From assembly GCA_958296065.1 (NCBI GenBank), contig CATQHX010000007.1:4275-68274 (forward strand): 64,000 nt of DNA. The letters run 5' to 3'. Below are positions 1 to 9,557 of this stretch, in pieces (position 1 is the stretch's first letter; each line of letters begins with the position of its first letter). This DNA is from Vicinamibacterales bacterium (lineage in GTDB: Bacteria; Acidobacteriota; Vicinamibacteria; Vicinamibacterales; UBA8438). The translations under genes and the position numbers were made by a program. The notes under the pieces were generated by a model. That model saw nothing but the letters and a program-made list of their open reading frames with translations, made no database searches and was not told where the DNA came from.

Positions 1-1583
1 ACCAGGTCTGGGCGCCGGTGACGCGCAACATCTCGGGCTTTCTGACCCAGGTGGGCGTCCTCGAGGGGATGACCAATCTGTCGATGAGCCGCAACCTGGA
101 GATCCTGCCGACGTTCACGGGTATTCAGCACGGCTCGCTCGACAGCCGGGGTGACTTCGTGAACAAGGATCCGTCGCCCGAGGGCGGGCTGAACGTCAAG
201 TACGGGATCACTTCGAACCTGACCGCGGACGTGACGGTCAACCCCGACTTCTCGCAGATCGAGTCCGACCTGCCGCAGATCGAGGTCAACCAGCGCTTCG
301 CGCTCCGCTATCCGGAACTGCGCCCGTTCTTCCTGGAAGGCGCCGAGATATTCCAGATACTTGGCCCGCTCACCTTCGTCCACACGCGGACCATCGTCGA
401 TCCGGAGTTCGGCGCGAAGCTGACCGGGAAGCTCGGCAACACGACTCTCGGCATGATCGTGGCTGACGACGAGGCGCCGGGCCGGGTCGAGCCGGGCAAC
501 CTGGCCTACGGTCGCAAGGCGAACAACTTCGTCGGACGGGCGCGCTACGACCTCTACGCCGAGTCCTACCTCGGGGCGATATTCACACACCGCGGCTTCA
601 TGGACAGCCACAGCACCCTGGGGGCGCTGGACGGCAACTTCCGGCTCGGCCGGACGCAGGGCGTCGGATTCAAGCTGGCCCAGACGGATCACCGCGACCT
701 GGATGGCGTCACCCGGCAGGGCCAGATGGTCGACCTCAGCTACCGGCTGAACAGCCGGCACTGGAACAGCTTCGTGGCGCTGTACACGCTGTCGCCCGAC
801 TTCCGGCACGACATCGGGTTCGTGCGCCGGGTCGACACGAAGCGCCTCTACAGCAGGCTCGGCTACAACTTCTGGCCGGAGAGCTGGATCGTCAACTGGG
901 GGCCGAGCATCCAGTACGGTCGGAACCACAACTTCGCCAACGACCTCGACGACGAGGACGTCCGCCTCGGGTTCACCGCCCGATTCGCGCGGAACATCAG
1001 CTTCAATACGGACGTGCGCGAAGAGATGGAGCGCTACCAGGGCATCCGGTTCCACAAGCGCGCCGTGTCGGTCGGCGGGCAGGTCAATACCAGCCGGAAG
1101 CTGATCTTCGGCGGCTACTACCGCCAGGGCGACGAGGTGAAGTACCAGGAGAACCCGTATCTGGGCAAGGGGGGCAGCGGCAGCTTCTTCGCCGCGGTGC
1201 GGCCGGTCTCGCGGTTCCAGTCCGAGCTGAATCTCAGCGTGAGCGACTTCATCGACCTGCGCAACGGCGCCGACACGATCTTCGACGTCAAGATCGTCCG
1301 CAACCTGAGCACCTACCAGTTCACCGATCGCTTCCTGCTGCGCAACATCGCGGAGTACAACACGTTCGACCGGACGTTCGGCATGAACTGGCTGCTCACC
1401 TATCGCGTGAACGCCGGGACCGCCTTCTATCTGGGCTACGACGACCACTATCAGCAGGCGGATCGGCTGTACGGCGACGTCGACGGCGATGGGTTCGAGG
1501 ACCAGTTGTTCCCGGCGCTGACGTTCATGCAGCAGACCAACCGCGCAGTCTTCACGAAGGTGCAGTACCTGTTCCGGTACTGA
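1..1583 (+). CDS. Outer-membrane beta-barrel-type protein, C-terminal ~520 aa (DUF5916-like); 5' end outside window
   Basis: Frame is open from base 3 with no stop before the listed Met at 18, so the gene is 5'-truncated. NPDFSQIESD motif, long alternating beta-strand-like segments, terminal aromatic ...QYLFRY typical of OMP C-termini. Family name from memory. Confidence 0.5.
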   Translation, partial: QVWAPVTRNISGFLTQVGVLEGMTNLSMSRNLEILPTFTGIQHGSLDSRGDFVNKDPSPEGGLNVKYGITSNLTADVTVNPDFSQIESDLPQIEVNQRFALRYPELRPFFLEGAEIFQILGPLTFVHTRTIVDPEFGAKLTGKLGNTTLGMIVADDEAPGRVEPGNLAYGRKANNFVGRARYDLYAESYLGAIFTHRGFMDSHSTLGALDGNFRLGRTQGVGFKLAQTDHRDLDGVTRQGQMVDLSYRLNSRHWNSFVALYTLSPDFRHDIGFVRRVDTKRLYSRLGYNFWPESWIVNWGPSIQYGRNHNFANDLDDEDVRLGFTARFARNISFNTDVREEMERYQGIRFHKRAVSVGGQVNTSRKLIFGGYYRQGDEVKYQENPYLGKGGSGSFFAAVRPVSRFQSELNLSVSDFIDLRNGADTIFDVKIVRNLSTYQFTDRFLLRNIAEYNTFDRTFGMNWLLTYRVNAGTAFYLGYDDHYQQADRLYGDVDGDGFEDQLFPALTFMQQTNRAVFTKVQYLFRY

Positions 1584-1752
1584 CTCCGGGATTCCGGCGA
1601 TGTCGAACTGTTCACCGGAGCACCCGGAACTCTACCGCACGAGCCACGTTATCAAGGCCGACGATGAACTCCTCCGTTGCATGCGAAACAACGTGATGGA
1701 GTTTCCGGAATAGCTGGCATATCGCGCCGCCGGGGCGCATCGAGGACAGGCA

Positions 1753-2886
1753 ATGACAACTGCATCCCGTTCGTTGTTCTTCGCACTCGCTCTCGCCGTC
1801 GCGGCGGCGGCGCCGGTTGCCGCCCAGGACGGCGGCCCGCAACTCGACAAGCTGACCCTGCCGGACGGATTCTCCATCGAGGTCTACGCCCCCGACGTGC
1901 CGAACGCGCGGCAACTGTCGCTCAGCCCGAACGGGACGCTCTTCGTCAGCACCCGCCGGCTCGGCAACGTCTATGCCGTGCTCGACGACGACGGCGACCA
2001 GAAGGCCGACCGCGTGCTGACGCTCGACAGCGGCCTCAACATGCCGAACGGGGTCGCGTTCCGCGACGGCGCTCTCTACGTCGCCGAGGTCAATCGCGTC
2101 CTGCGCTACGACGACATCGAGGCGCACCTCGACGCGCCGCCCGAGCCGGTGGTGGTCAACGACGAGTTCCCCTCCGACCGCGCGCACGGCTGGAAGTTCA
2201 TCGCCTTCGGCCCCGACGGGCGCCTCTACGTGCCGGTCGGCGCGCCGTGCAACATCTGCGACCACGAGGCGACCACTCCGATCTACTCCACCATCAACAG
2301 CATGAACCCGGACGGCAGCGATCTGCGGATCTACGCCCGGGGCATCCGCAACACGGTGGGCTTCGCCTGGCACCCGGAGACGGACGAGCTCTGGTTCACC
2401 AACAACGGCCGCGATCGGCTCGGCGACACGCAGCCGGCCGACACGCTGCATCACGCGCCGGAGCCCGGCCTCCACTTCGGCTTCCCGTTCTGCCACCAGG
2501 GTGACATCCAGGATCCGGAGTTCGACACCCGTCCGTGCAGCGAGTTCCGTCCACCGGCGCAGAAGCTGGGCCCGCACGTCGCCTCGCTCGGCATGCGGTT
2601 CTATACCGGCGACATGTTCCCGGCGGAGTACCGCAACCAGATCTTCATCGCCGAGCACGGCTCGTGGAACCGGACCCCGGAGGCGGGCCACACCGGCTAT
2701 CGTCTGACCGTGGCGAAGCTCGACGGCGACAAGGTGACCGACTACGAGGTGTTCGCCGAGGGCTGGCTGGAGCCGACCAACGAGTGGTGGGGACGCCCGG
2801 TCGACGTGCAGGTGATGCCGGACGGCGCGCTGCTGGTCAGCGACGACACGGCCGGGGCGATCTATCGGATCACCTACTCGGAGTAG
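1753..2886 (+). CDS. Secreted PQQ-dependent sugar (glucose/sorbosone) dehydrogenase family protein
   Basis: Signal peptide LALAVAAAAPVAAQ. Motifs PDGFSIEVYA, NGVAFRDGALYVAE, GWKFIAFGPDGRLYVPVGAPCN, GIRNTVGFAWHP, LWFTNNGRD are typical of the soluble sorbosone/aldose dehydrogenase beta-propeller. GAGGA lies 6 nt before the ATG. Confidence 0.8.
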   Translation: MTTASRSLFFALALAVAAAAPVAAQDGGPQLDKLTLPDGFSIEVYAPDVPNARQLSLSPNGTLFVSTRRLGNVYAVLDDDGDQKADRVLTLDSGLNMPNGVAFRDGALYVAEVNRVLRYDDIEAHLDAPPEPVVVNDEFPSDRAHGWKFIAFGPDGRLYVPVGAPCNICDHEATTPIYSTINSMNPDGSDLRIYARGIRNTVGFAWHPETDELWFTNNGRDRLGDTQPADTLHHAPEPGLHFGFPFCHQGDIQDPEFDTRPCSEFRPPAQKLGPHVASLGMRFYTGDMFPAEYRNQIFIAEHGSWNRTPEAGHTGYRLTVAKLDGDKVTDYEVFAEGWLEPTNEWWGRPVDVQVMPDGALLVSDDTAGAIYRITYSE

Positions 2887-3009
2887 ACAGCCTCACAGTC
2901 GGAGCGGCCGGGATGGAGGCACGGCGCGCGACGCCTCCATCTCCGGCGCGGCGGCTTCCCGCAAGCGGGGTTGGTCGGGATCGAGCCGGCAGGCGGAGGT
3001 TTCCAGACT

Positions 3010-3747
3010 ATGGCACAACCAGGCGTTGCATCGCCGCTCGGGGCATCCGGCGATCCGGAGCGTTTGCCGGGTGCCGCAGGCGTGCCGGCGCTGGAGAACG
3101 GCGATCGGCTCACGCGCTGCGAGTTCGAGCGCCGCTATGCCGCGCGGCCGGACCTGAAGAAGGCCCAACTGATCGAAGGAATCGTCTACATGCCGTCGCC
3201 TGTCAGCATGGCGCACGCGGAGCCGCATGCGACGGTTCAGACCGTGCTCCTCGTGTACGCCGCGTCTACACCAGGTGTCCGTGGAGCCGACAACGCCACC
3301 GTCCGACTCGATCTCGACAACGAGCCACAGCCCGACGTGGTGTTGCTCATCGCGGCGGACGCGGGCGGCCGGTGTCGAGTGAGCGCCGACAACTACCTGG
3401 AGGGAGCGCCGGAGCTGGTGGTCGAGGTCGCGGCCAGCAGCGCGTCGATCGATCTGCACGCCAAGCTGCGCGCGTATCGCCGCAACGGCGTGCAGGAGTA
3501 CCTCGTGTGGCGGACGCATGAGCGGCGTATCGACTGGTTCGAGCTGGCCGGCGGTGAGTACCGCTCGTTGCCGCCCGATGATGCCGGCGTACTCCACAGC
3601 CGGGTCTTCCCCGGACTTCGGCTGGGCGCCGGCGCGTTGCTGAAGGGAGACCTCGCCGGGGCCCTGGCGGAGGTGCAGAAAGGCGTCGGCACCCCCGAGC
3701 ACAGAGCGTTCATCGAACGGCTCGCGAAGAAGCGGAGCAGCGCATGA
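3010..3747 (+). CDS. Uma2-family (DUF820) putative endonuclease
   Basis: Pattern F..RY....DLKKAQLIEGIVYMPSP....H, PDVVLL, APELVVEVAASS, KLRAYRRNGVQEYLVW matches the PD-(D/E)xK Uma2 fold. Start ambiguous (ATG 3010 or alternative codon 2971). Confidence 0.7.
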   Translation: MAQPGVASPLGASGDPERLPGAAGVPALENGDRLTRCEFERRYAARPDLKKAQLIEGIVYMPSPVSMAHAEPHATVQTVLLVYAASTPGVRGADNATVRLDLDNEPQPDVVLLIAADAGGRCRVSADNYLEGAPELVVEVAASSASIDLHAKLRAYRRNGVQEYLVWRTHERRIDWFELAGGEYRSLPPDDAGVLHSRVFPGLRLGAGALLKGDLAGALAEVQKGVGTPEHRAFIERLAKKRSSA

Positions 3748-5216
3748 GCCCGCGCGCCGATTGCGAAGTGGTGACTCCCCGGACCGGGTCGAAGAATCGA
3801 GCTGCGACGTTCGGCGGGATGGCCCTGGCCGCTTTCGTGGCGGGGTCGCCGGCGGTTGGCGCGGCGATCGGCGCACAGGCGGCGACCGTTGGGAGGGTGG
3901 CAGGCGTATCGGCCGCCGGTGCTCCCGCCGCCGGCGCCCAGGCCGCGGCGGCCGTGGGCGGCCTACTCACCCCCGAACTGGTGCGCGCGCGGACCGAGCG
4001 CGAGTGGGACGTCAAGGCCGAGAAGATGCGGCGGCACCTGCTGCCGCTGATGCGGGCGCACGAGATCGACCTCTGGATCATCCTCAGCCGCGAGAATGCC
4101 CCCGACCCGGCGCTGGAGCTGTTCGGCGGCTACGGGATCACCGGCTGGTACGGCCACCGCAACGCCTATCTCTTCCACGACGCCGGGGAGGACGGCCTGC
4201 AGACGACCGTCCTGGGAACGCACCTGAGCGGCCACCTCGCGCGGTTCTACGACACGCGCGAGCTCTACGGCGAGGAGGGGCTCGCGCCGCATCTGCGGCG
4301 CTACGTCGAGGCGCGCGACCCGCGGCGGATGGCGATCAACCAGTCGCGGACCATCAGCATGGCGGACGGCTTGACGGCGGAGTTGAAGGAGTATCTCCTG
4401 GACGCTGTCGGTCCTCGGTACCGGGACCGGATCGTCTCGTCGGAGCCGCTGCTCGTCGAGTACGTCTCGACGCGCACCCCGGCCGAGGACGCGATCCAGC
4501 GGGAGGCGAGCGCGGCGACGTTCGCCATCCTGCGGCGCGCACTTTCGAACGAGGTCATCACGCCGGGCCGGACCACCCTGCTCGACGTCCACTACTGGAT
4601 CACCGCCGAGTGGAAGCGGCAGGGCTTCGAGTTCAACTTCCCGGCGTCCGTCGACCTGCAGCGCGCCGGCGCCGACCCGCTCGACGACAGCAACGACGCG
4701 GTGATCCGGCCGGGCGACCTGCTCCATGTCGACTTCGGCGTGCGCAACTCCGGCATCGTGGCCGACCAGCAGAAGATGGCCTACGTGCTGCGGCCGGGCG
4801 AGGAGGAGCCGCCGGCCGGGTTGCGAGCGGCCTTCGAGCGTTCGAACCGGATGGCGGAGATCCTATTGGAGGAGTTCGTCCCCGGCCGTACCGGCATCGC
4901 GATCAAGACGAGGGCCGAGGCGCGGGCCGCCGACGAGGGAATCGACGCGCTCGTCTACTCGCACGCCCAGGGCAACTGGGTGCACGACGCCGGGGTCTGG
5001 ATGGTCTTCGACTGGCCGGACCGCTACGGCGACCACCCGCGGTTCCCGCTGCGCGCCGGGGAGTGGATTTCGCTGGAGTTCTCGGTCACCGCGCCGGCCG
5101 AGGAATGGGACGGGCAGGCGGTCACCATCATGCGCGAGGAGGACACGCTCGTGCACGAGGACGGCCGCGTGGAGTACCTGTCCGGGCCGCAGACCGAGCT
5201 CTGGATCATCCGCTGA
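3744..5216 (+). CDS. M24-family metallopeptidase (Xaa-Pro aminopeptidase/creatinase-like)
   Basis: IDLWIILSREN N-domain. C-terminal pita-bread region with GDLLHVDFGV, DQQKMAYV, HAQGNWVHD, ISLEFSV. ATG 3744 overlaps the Uma2 stop (ATGA). The first ~90 aa are Ala/Gly-rich, so the real start may be 3819 or 4026. Confidence 0.65.
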   Translation: MSPRADCEVVTPRTGSKNRAATFGGMALAAFVAGSPAVGAAIGAQAATVGRVAGVSAAGAPAAGAQAAAAVGGLLTPELVRARTEREWDVKAEKMRRHLLPLMRAHEIDLWIILSRENAPDPALELFGGYGITGWYGHRNAYLFHDAGEDGLQTTVLGTHLSGHLARFYDTRELYGEEGLAPHLRRYVEARDPRRMAINQSRTISMADGLTAELKEYLLDAVGPRYRDRIVSSEPLLVEYVSTRTPAEDAIQREASAATFAILRRALSNEVITPGRTTLLDVHYWITAEWKRQGFEFNFPASVDLQRAGADPLDDSNDAVIRPGDLLHVDFGVRNSGIVADQQKMAYVLRPGEEEPPAGLRAAFERSNRMAEILLEEFVPGRTGIAIKTRAEARAADEGIDALVYSHAQGNWVHDAGVWMVFDWPDRYGDHPRFPLRAGEWISLEFSVTAPAEEWDGQAVTIMREEDTLVHEDGRVEYLSGPQTELWIIR

Positions 5217-5360
5217 GCGGGCCGGCACACCGTTTCGTTACGCCGTATAGACGACGCTTCGACCGCCGCCTTCAGGTGTCTGAACAGGCCGGGCGCATAC
5301 TGCACCTCGTCGAGGATGACGGGCTGGCGCGCCAGCCGTTCAAGAATGCGACCGATGCGT

Positions 5361-5963
5361 TCACCCCTGCTCCACGAGCCGGGAGGCGGGAGCGACGAAC
5401 CGCCGATACAGGTCGAAGTTGTAGAGTGCGAACGCTGCGCACATGATGATGCCGCTCAGGCCCATGGTCGGCGCGGCCAGGGACATCGGCTCGTTGAGCA
5501 ACCGATAGATGCCGACGGAGTACCCCGCCAGCAGGCCGAGCTGCACGAACAGCCCCAGGCCCCAATCGAATGCGGCCGTCCTGTTGCGCGCGATGAGGGC
5601 CAGGTACGACAGGGCGACGGCAACGATGTAGAAGTGCAACGGTCCGAGGTACGCCTCGAACCAGACCCTCGTCGGGTAGTCGAGCTCCTCGACGATCAGC
5701 GTCTTGAGGCCGACCGCCAGTCCGTTCGTCGCCAGGAAGCACAGGCCGAAGTAGGCAGCGAGCCAGATCGCCCGCCGCGGCCGGTCGCTGAACGTCCCGT
5801 TGCGCTCCGTTGCCCTGACGACGATCAGGAAGAGCCCGACTGCCGATGCCGTCATGACCGGGATGTAGACGTACCACTCGAAGAAGCCGATGTCCCGCAT
5901 CCAGAGCAGAAAGGGGCCGAGCACTTCGCCCAGGCGGTTGGTGAACGTAGCCGGTGGAGTCAT
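5361..5963 (-). CDS. Hypothetical polytopic inner-membrane protein (200 aa)
   Basis: Only the last 200 codons of the 788-aa ORF look real. ATG at 5963 is preceded by GAGGAGGG. Five or six hydrophobic helices. The upstream part of the ORF overlaps two credible plus-strand genes. Confidence 0.6.
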   Translation of the reverse strand: MTPPATFTNRLGEVLGPFLLWMRDIGFFEWYVYIPVMTASAVGLFLIVVRATERNGTFSDRPRRAIWLAAYFGLCFLATNGLAVGLKTLIVEELDYPTRVWFEAYLGPLHFYIVAVALSYLALIARNRTAAFDWGLGLFVQLGLLAGYSVGIYRLLNEPMSLAAPTMGLSGIIMCAAFALYNFDLYRRFVAPASRLVEQG

Positions 5964-6107
5964 GGGTTGACCCTCCTCAGTTCTGTTTGGACGATCCCGG
6001 CCGCACGACAGTTTCAGATGTTCCGCACGGAACGGCATCGAGCTCGTGAGGGGACTCGACACCCGCGCCGAGTTGCGAGATCGCGATGACGTGGCTATTG
6101 TCTCGGG

Positions 6108-6992
6108 ATGCGCTGGCCTCGAACGTGGTGTGCGTTCGCGCTGGGGTGCCTCCTGGCCGGCGCAGCACCGGTCTCCGCGCAGAGCGCGGCCGACCGCGAC
6201 GTGGAGGCGGTTCTGCAGCGCATCCAGGCCTCCGTCGAGCGCTTCTATGCGCGGGCGCTGCACGTGGTGGCCGACGTGCGCGTCCGCGTGCGGCCGCTGG
6301 GGCGGAGCTTTCGCTCCACGGGCCGGGGCCGAAGCCTCTTGTACGAGATGCGGGTCGAGTGGGCGGAGGGGACGGACACGATGGCCCCCGCTCCCGTCGT
6401 GACGCGACGGCTCCTGGAAGCGAACGGCCGTCCGGCGGCGCCGGAAGACGAGCCCCAGTGCGCCGATCCGGAGCCGTTCTCGGAGGAGCCTCTGGCCATC
6501 TTCCTCCCCGCGAAGCGGAAGGACTATGTGTTCACCTGGTCCGGGCGCGAGCGCGAGGCGGGCCGGGAAACGGACGTCCTCGAGTATCGGCTGCGGCACG
6601 AAGAAGCGCCGACCATCGAGTGGGAAGATACCTGCGTCAGCATCGATCTGCCGGGACACACGCGGGGAAGGGTCTGGGCCGATGTGGAAAACGGCGATGT
6701 GCTGCGGGTCGACGAGCGCCTGACCGGCATGTTCGAGTTCCCGGTGCCGCGCGACCAGCGCCGCCGGGGCGTCCGGTCGACGATGGCCATCGAGAGCTCC
6801 AACAGCACGGTCCGCTATCGCCGGGTGGCGTTCTCCGATCCGGACGAAACGCTGCTGCTGCCCGCGTCGAGCGAGTCGATGACGGTCTGGCGCAACGCGG
6901 GCGTCGCAAGGCAGTTCATCCTCCACGAGATCTCGAACTATCGGCGGTTCGTCACGGGCGCGCGCATAGTCGGGATTCCGCGCCGACCCTGA
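6108..6992 (+). CDS. Hypothetical secreted protein
   Basis: Clear signal peptide CAFALGCLLAGAAPVSAQS, balanced composition, no family recognised. Confidence 0.55.
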   Translation: MRWPRTWCAFALGCLLAGAAPVSAQSAADRDVEAVLQRIQASVERFYARALHVVADVRVRVRPLGRSFRSTGRGRSLLYEMRVEWAEGTDTMAPAPVVTRRLLEANGRPAAPEDEPQCADPEPFSEEPLAIFLPAKRKDYVFTWSGREREAGRETDVLEYRLRHEEAPTIEWEDTCVSIDLPGHTRGRVWADVENGDVLRVDERLTGMFEFPVPRDQRRRGVRSTMAIESSNSTVRYRRVAFSDPDETLLLPASSESMTVWRNAGVARQFILHEISNYRRFVTGARIVGIPRRP

Positions 6993-7175
6993 TCGCGACA
7001 GCGAGCGCGCACGGATCGACGGCCCGGGCAGTTGAGCAGCGCCGGGATGTCCGCACGGTGCGAGGCCGTCGCATGCACGTCGGACCCGGCCTGTTCGTGC
7101 CGCACGGCGAGCGAGAGGTCTGGCCGCAACGAGTGCCGGCCTCCGCGTGATACTCTCGACACCCTCGACACCGCC

Positions 7176-7835
7176 ATGCCCATTCCCGCCGGCCAACCCG
7201 CCCCCAACCTCAGCGTTTCCACCTGGGTACAGGGCGCCGCCACGAACCTGGATCAACAGCGCGGCAACGTGGTCCTGATCGAGGTCTTCCAGGTCAACTG
7301 CCCCGGCTGCTTCTTCAGCGCCATCCCCGAAGCGATCAAGGTCCACGAGCACTTCGCCGGCCAGCCGGTCACCGTTCTCGGCGTCGCGACCGCCTTCGAG
7401 GACTGGGACAAGAACACCGTCGACAACTTGCAGCGGCTCGCGGAGACCGGCGAAGTGATCGGCGAGACCCGTAGGATGCTGGATCGGGCCGGGATGCTCG
7501 ACGACGGCAGGCTCCGCTATCGCATTCCGTTCCCGCTGGCCATGGACGAGCTGGACCCGGTCACGGGCAGCCCCACGCGGGAAAAGGCCCTGGCCGCCAT
7601 TCGCCCCCAGGTCCCCGCCTTCGACACGCTTCCCGAAGCGCACCAGAGCCAGTTGATCGACCGCGTGACGACCTACCTGAAGTCCCGCGAGTACGCGCCA
7701 GCGACGTTCGATCGGTACGCGCTCCACGGCACCCCGTCGACCATCCTCGTCGACCAGCGGGGTTCTCTGCGGGACATCACCTTCGGCCAGGTCGACGATC
7801 TCGCCCCCACGATCCAGGCTCTCCTCGACGAGTGA
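7176..7835 (+). CDS. Thioredoxin-fold redoxin (AhpC/TSA-TlpA-like) with CPGC active site
   Basis: N-terminus MPIPAGQPAPNLSV...GNVVLIEVFQVNCPGC is the canonical redoxin start. The GTPSTILVD cis-Pro region is present. The 48 codons upstream in the ORF are Arg/Cys-rich and probably not translated. Confidence 0.65.
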   Translation: MPIPAGQPAPNLSVSTWVQGAATNLDQQRGNVVLIEVFQVNCPGCFFSAIPEAIKVHEHFAGQPVTVLGVATAFEDWDKNTVDNLQRLAETGEVIGETRRMLDRAGMLDDGRLRYRIPFPLAMDELDPVTGSPTREKALAAIRPQVPAFDTLPEAHQSQLIDRVTTYLKSREYAPATFDRYALHGTPSTILVDQRGSLRDITFGQVDDLAPTIQALLDE

Positions 7836-7978
7836 AGGCCGCGGGAGGTGGTCGTTCGGAGCGCCTCAGCGGAGAGATTTCTTCACTTCGCGGCTACACC
7901 GCTTCGGTCGAAATGACGGATGGGACGCCGGCCGACCGGGATAACACCGCCCACTGGCAACAGTTCCGCCGAATCCAC

Positions 7979-8014
7979 TTGACGTTTTCCTTTCAATTCG
8001 ATAATTATCGAAAT
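7979..8014 (+). promoter_or_regulatory. arsR promoter with palindromic operator
   Basis: TTGACG 7979-7984; GATAAT 8000-8005 (15-nt spacer) or TAATTA 8002-8007 (17-nt spacer). Perfect 16-bp palindrome TTCGATAATTATCGAA at 7997-8012, ending 2 nt before the ATG. No SD. This is the only AT-rich patch in the region. Confidence 0.5.
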
Positions 8015-8779
8015 ATGGAAATCGACACGGCCACCGATGCCTTCACTGCCCTGTCGCAGGAGACGCGCCTGCGGGCCTTCCGGCTGCTGGTTCGGGCCGG
8101 GCCGGCGGGGCTGCCGGCCGGGGAGATCGCCCGGGCACTCGGTGCCGCGCCGTCGACGCTCTCGACCCATCTCGGCCTGTTGCAAAGGGCCGGGCTGGTG
8201 TCGTCGGAGCGGCACTCCCGGCAGATCGTCTACCGGGCGGATTTCGACGGGGTCGGCGCGCTGATCCGGTTTCTGATGAAAGACTGCTGCAAGGGACACC
8301 CGGTCGTCCGTGCCGCAATCGAGGACGAAGCGGCCTCACCGGCCGGGAACGGCGCGAGAGGAGAATCGGCGATGAAGCGTTTTCATGTGCATCTGAACGT
8401 CGTGGACCTGGACCGGACGGTGCAGTTCTACCAGACCCTGTTCGGCGCCGCACCGGACAAGCTGAGGGACGACTACGCTCAGTGGATGCTGGACGATCCG
8501 GCCGTCAACTTCGCCGTCTCGACGCAGAAATGCTGCGACGGCGACGGCGGCGGCGTTTCGCATCTCGGCTTCCAGGTCGAGGACGACGCCGGCCTGGCCG
8601 AGATCACCCGCGCGCTGACCGACGCCGAGCAGGCGATCTTCGAGGAGCAGGAAAATCTCTGCTGCTACGCCAAGGGCAACAAGACCTGGGCGTCCGACCC
8701 AGACGGCGTGGTGTGGGAGACCTTCCACCGGTTGGGCCACTCCGAGACCATGGGCCGGGACGAGGCGCGCGACTCGTAG
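8015..8779 (+). CDS. ArsR/SmtB-family repressor fused in frame to an ArsI-type (VOC/glyoxalase fold) C-As lyase
   Basis: ArsR part: LSQETRLRAFRLL...GEIARALG...STLSTHLGLLQRAGLV..RHSRQIVY, with C-terminal vicinal Cys DCCKGHP. ArsI part from Met at 8372: His5, His64, Glu116, Cys97-Cys98 (ENLCCYAKGNKTW). No stop between the halves. GGAG lies 8 nt before ATG 8372. Confidence 0.75.
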   Translation: MEIDTATDAFTALSQETRLRAFRLLVRAGPAGLPAGEIARALGAAPSTLSTHLGLLQRAGLVSSERHSRQIVYRADFDGVGALIRFLMKDCCKGHPVVRAAIEDEAASPAGNGARGESAMKRFHVHLNVVDLDRTVQFYQTLFGAAPDKLRDDYAQWMLDDPAVNFAVSTQKCCDGDGGGVSHLGFQVEDDAGLAEITRALTDAEQAIFEEQENLCCYAKGNKTWASDPDGVVWETFHRLGHSETMGRDEARDS

Positions 8780-8867
8780 ATCGAGGATTTGCACGAACGG
8801 GTGGTAAGATAGCGCCTACACGTAGCCGCGCGCACCGGCGGGGGTTGAAAGCGCGCGGCGCAGGCCG

Positions 8868-9557
8868 GTGCCCGTAAACGTCAAGCCCGTGACCTTCTCT
8901 TTCGCCCGGAAACTCGCCGCCGAAGCCCTCGGCACCGCTTTCCTGCTCGCAACGGTCGTCGGCTCCGGAATCATGGCGGAGACGCTGGCCGGCGGCAACG
9001 TCGCGCTCGCCCTGCTCGGCAATACCGTGGCGACCGGCGCCATCCTGATGGTGCTGATCCTGATTTTCGGGCCGGTCTCGGGCGCCCATTTCAACCCGGC
9101 GGTCACGCTCAGCTTCCTGATTCGCAAGGAGATCGGCACACGCGACGCGCTCGTCTACGCCGTCGTCCAGATCGCCGCCGGCCTGGCCGGCGTGCTGGTC
9201 GCCCATCTGATGTTCGGCGAGCCGGCCTTCGCCGCGTCGGTCAAGGGCCGCACCGGCATCGGCCAGTGGGCGGGCGAGTTCGTCGCGACCTTCGGCCTGG
9301 TGGGCACGATCCTGGGCACCGTCCGGTTCCGGCCGGAGGCCACGGCCTATGCCGTCGGCCTGTTCATTTCGGCGGGCTACTGGTTCACCTCCTCCACCTC
9401 CTTCGCCAATCCGGCGGTCACGATCGCCCGTAGTCTGACCGACAGCTTCTCCGGCATCCTGCCGGCCCATGCGCCGGGCTTCATCCTGGCGCAGCTCGCG
9501 GGCGCAGTCGCGGCAACCCTCGTCTTCGGCTGGCTACTGAAAGACGGGAAAGACTGA
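8868..9557 (+). CDS. MIP-family aquaglyceroporin (AqpS-like arsenite channel candidate)
   Basis: Two NPA boxes (GAHFNPAVT, SFANPAVT) and six TM segments. Directly downstream of arsR-arsI. Confidence 0.85.
   Translation: MPVNVKPVTFSFARKLAAEALGTAFLLATVVGSGIMAETLAGGNVALALLGNTVATGAILMVLILIFGPVSGAHFNPAVTLSFLIRKEIGTRDALVYAVVQIAAGLAGVLVAHLMFGEPAFAASVKGRTGIGQWAGEFVATFGLVGTILGTVRFRPEATAYAVGLFISAGYWFTSSTSFANPAVTIARSLTDSFSGILPAHAPGFILAQLAGAVAATLVFGWLLKDGKD

Noticed and set aside
3761-5446. 561-aa plus-strand ORF overlapping the M24 peptidase in another frame
   Set aside because: Arg/Pro/Gly-dominated low-complexity translation. The 3744 frame carries the peptidase motifs.
5964-7727. Upstream 588 codons of the 788-aa minus-strand ORF 5361-7727
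   Set aside because: Arg/Ala/Gly/Pro-rich with no recognisable motif. It overlaps two plus-strand genes that have signal peptide or redoxin motifs. A well-placed SD+ATG at 5963 explains the only credible (membrane protein) part.
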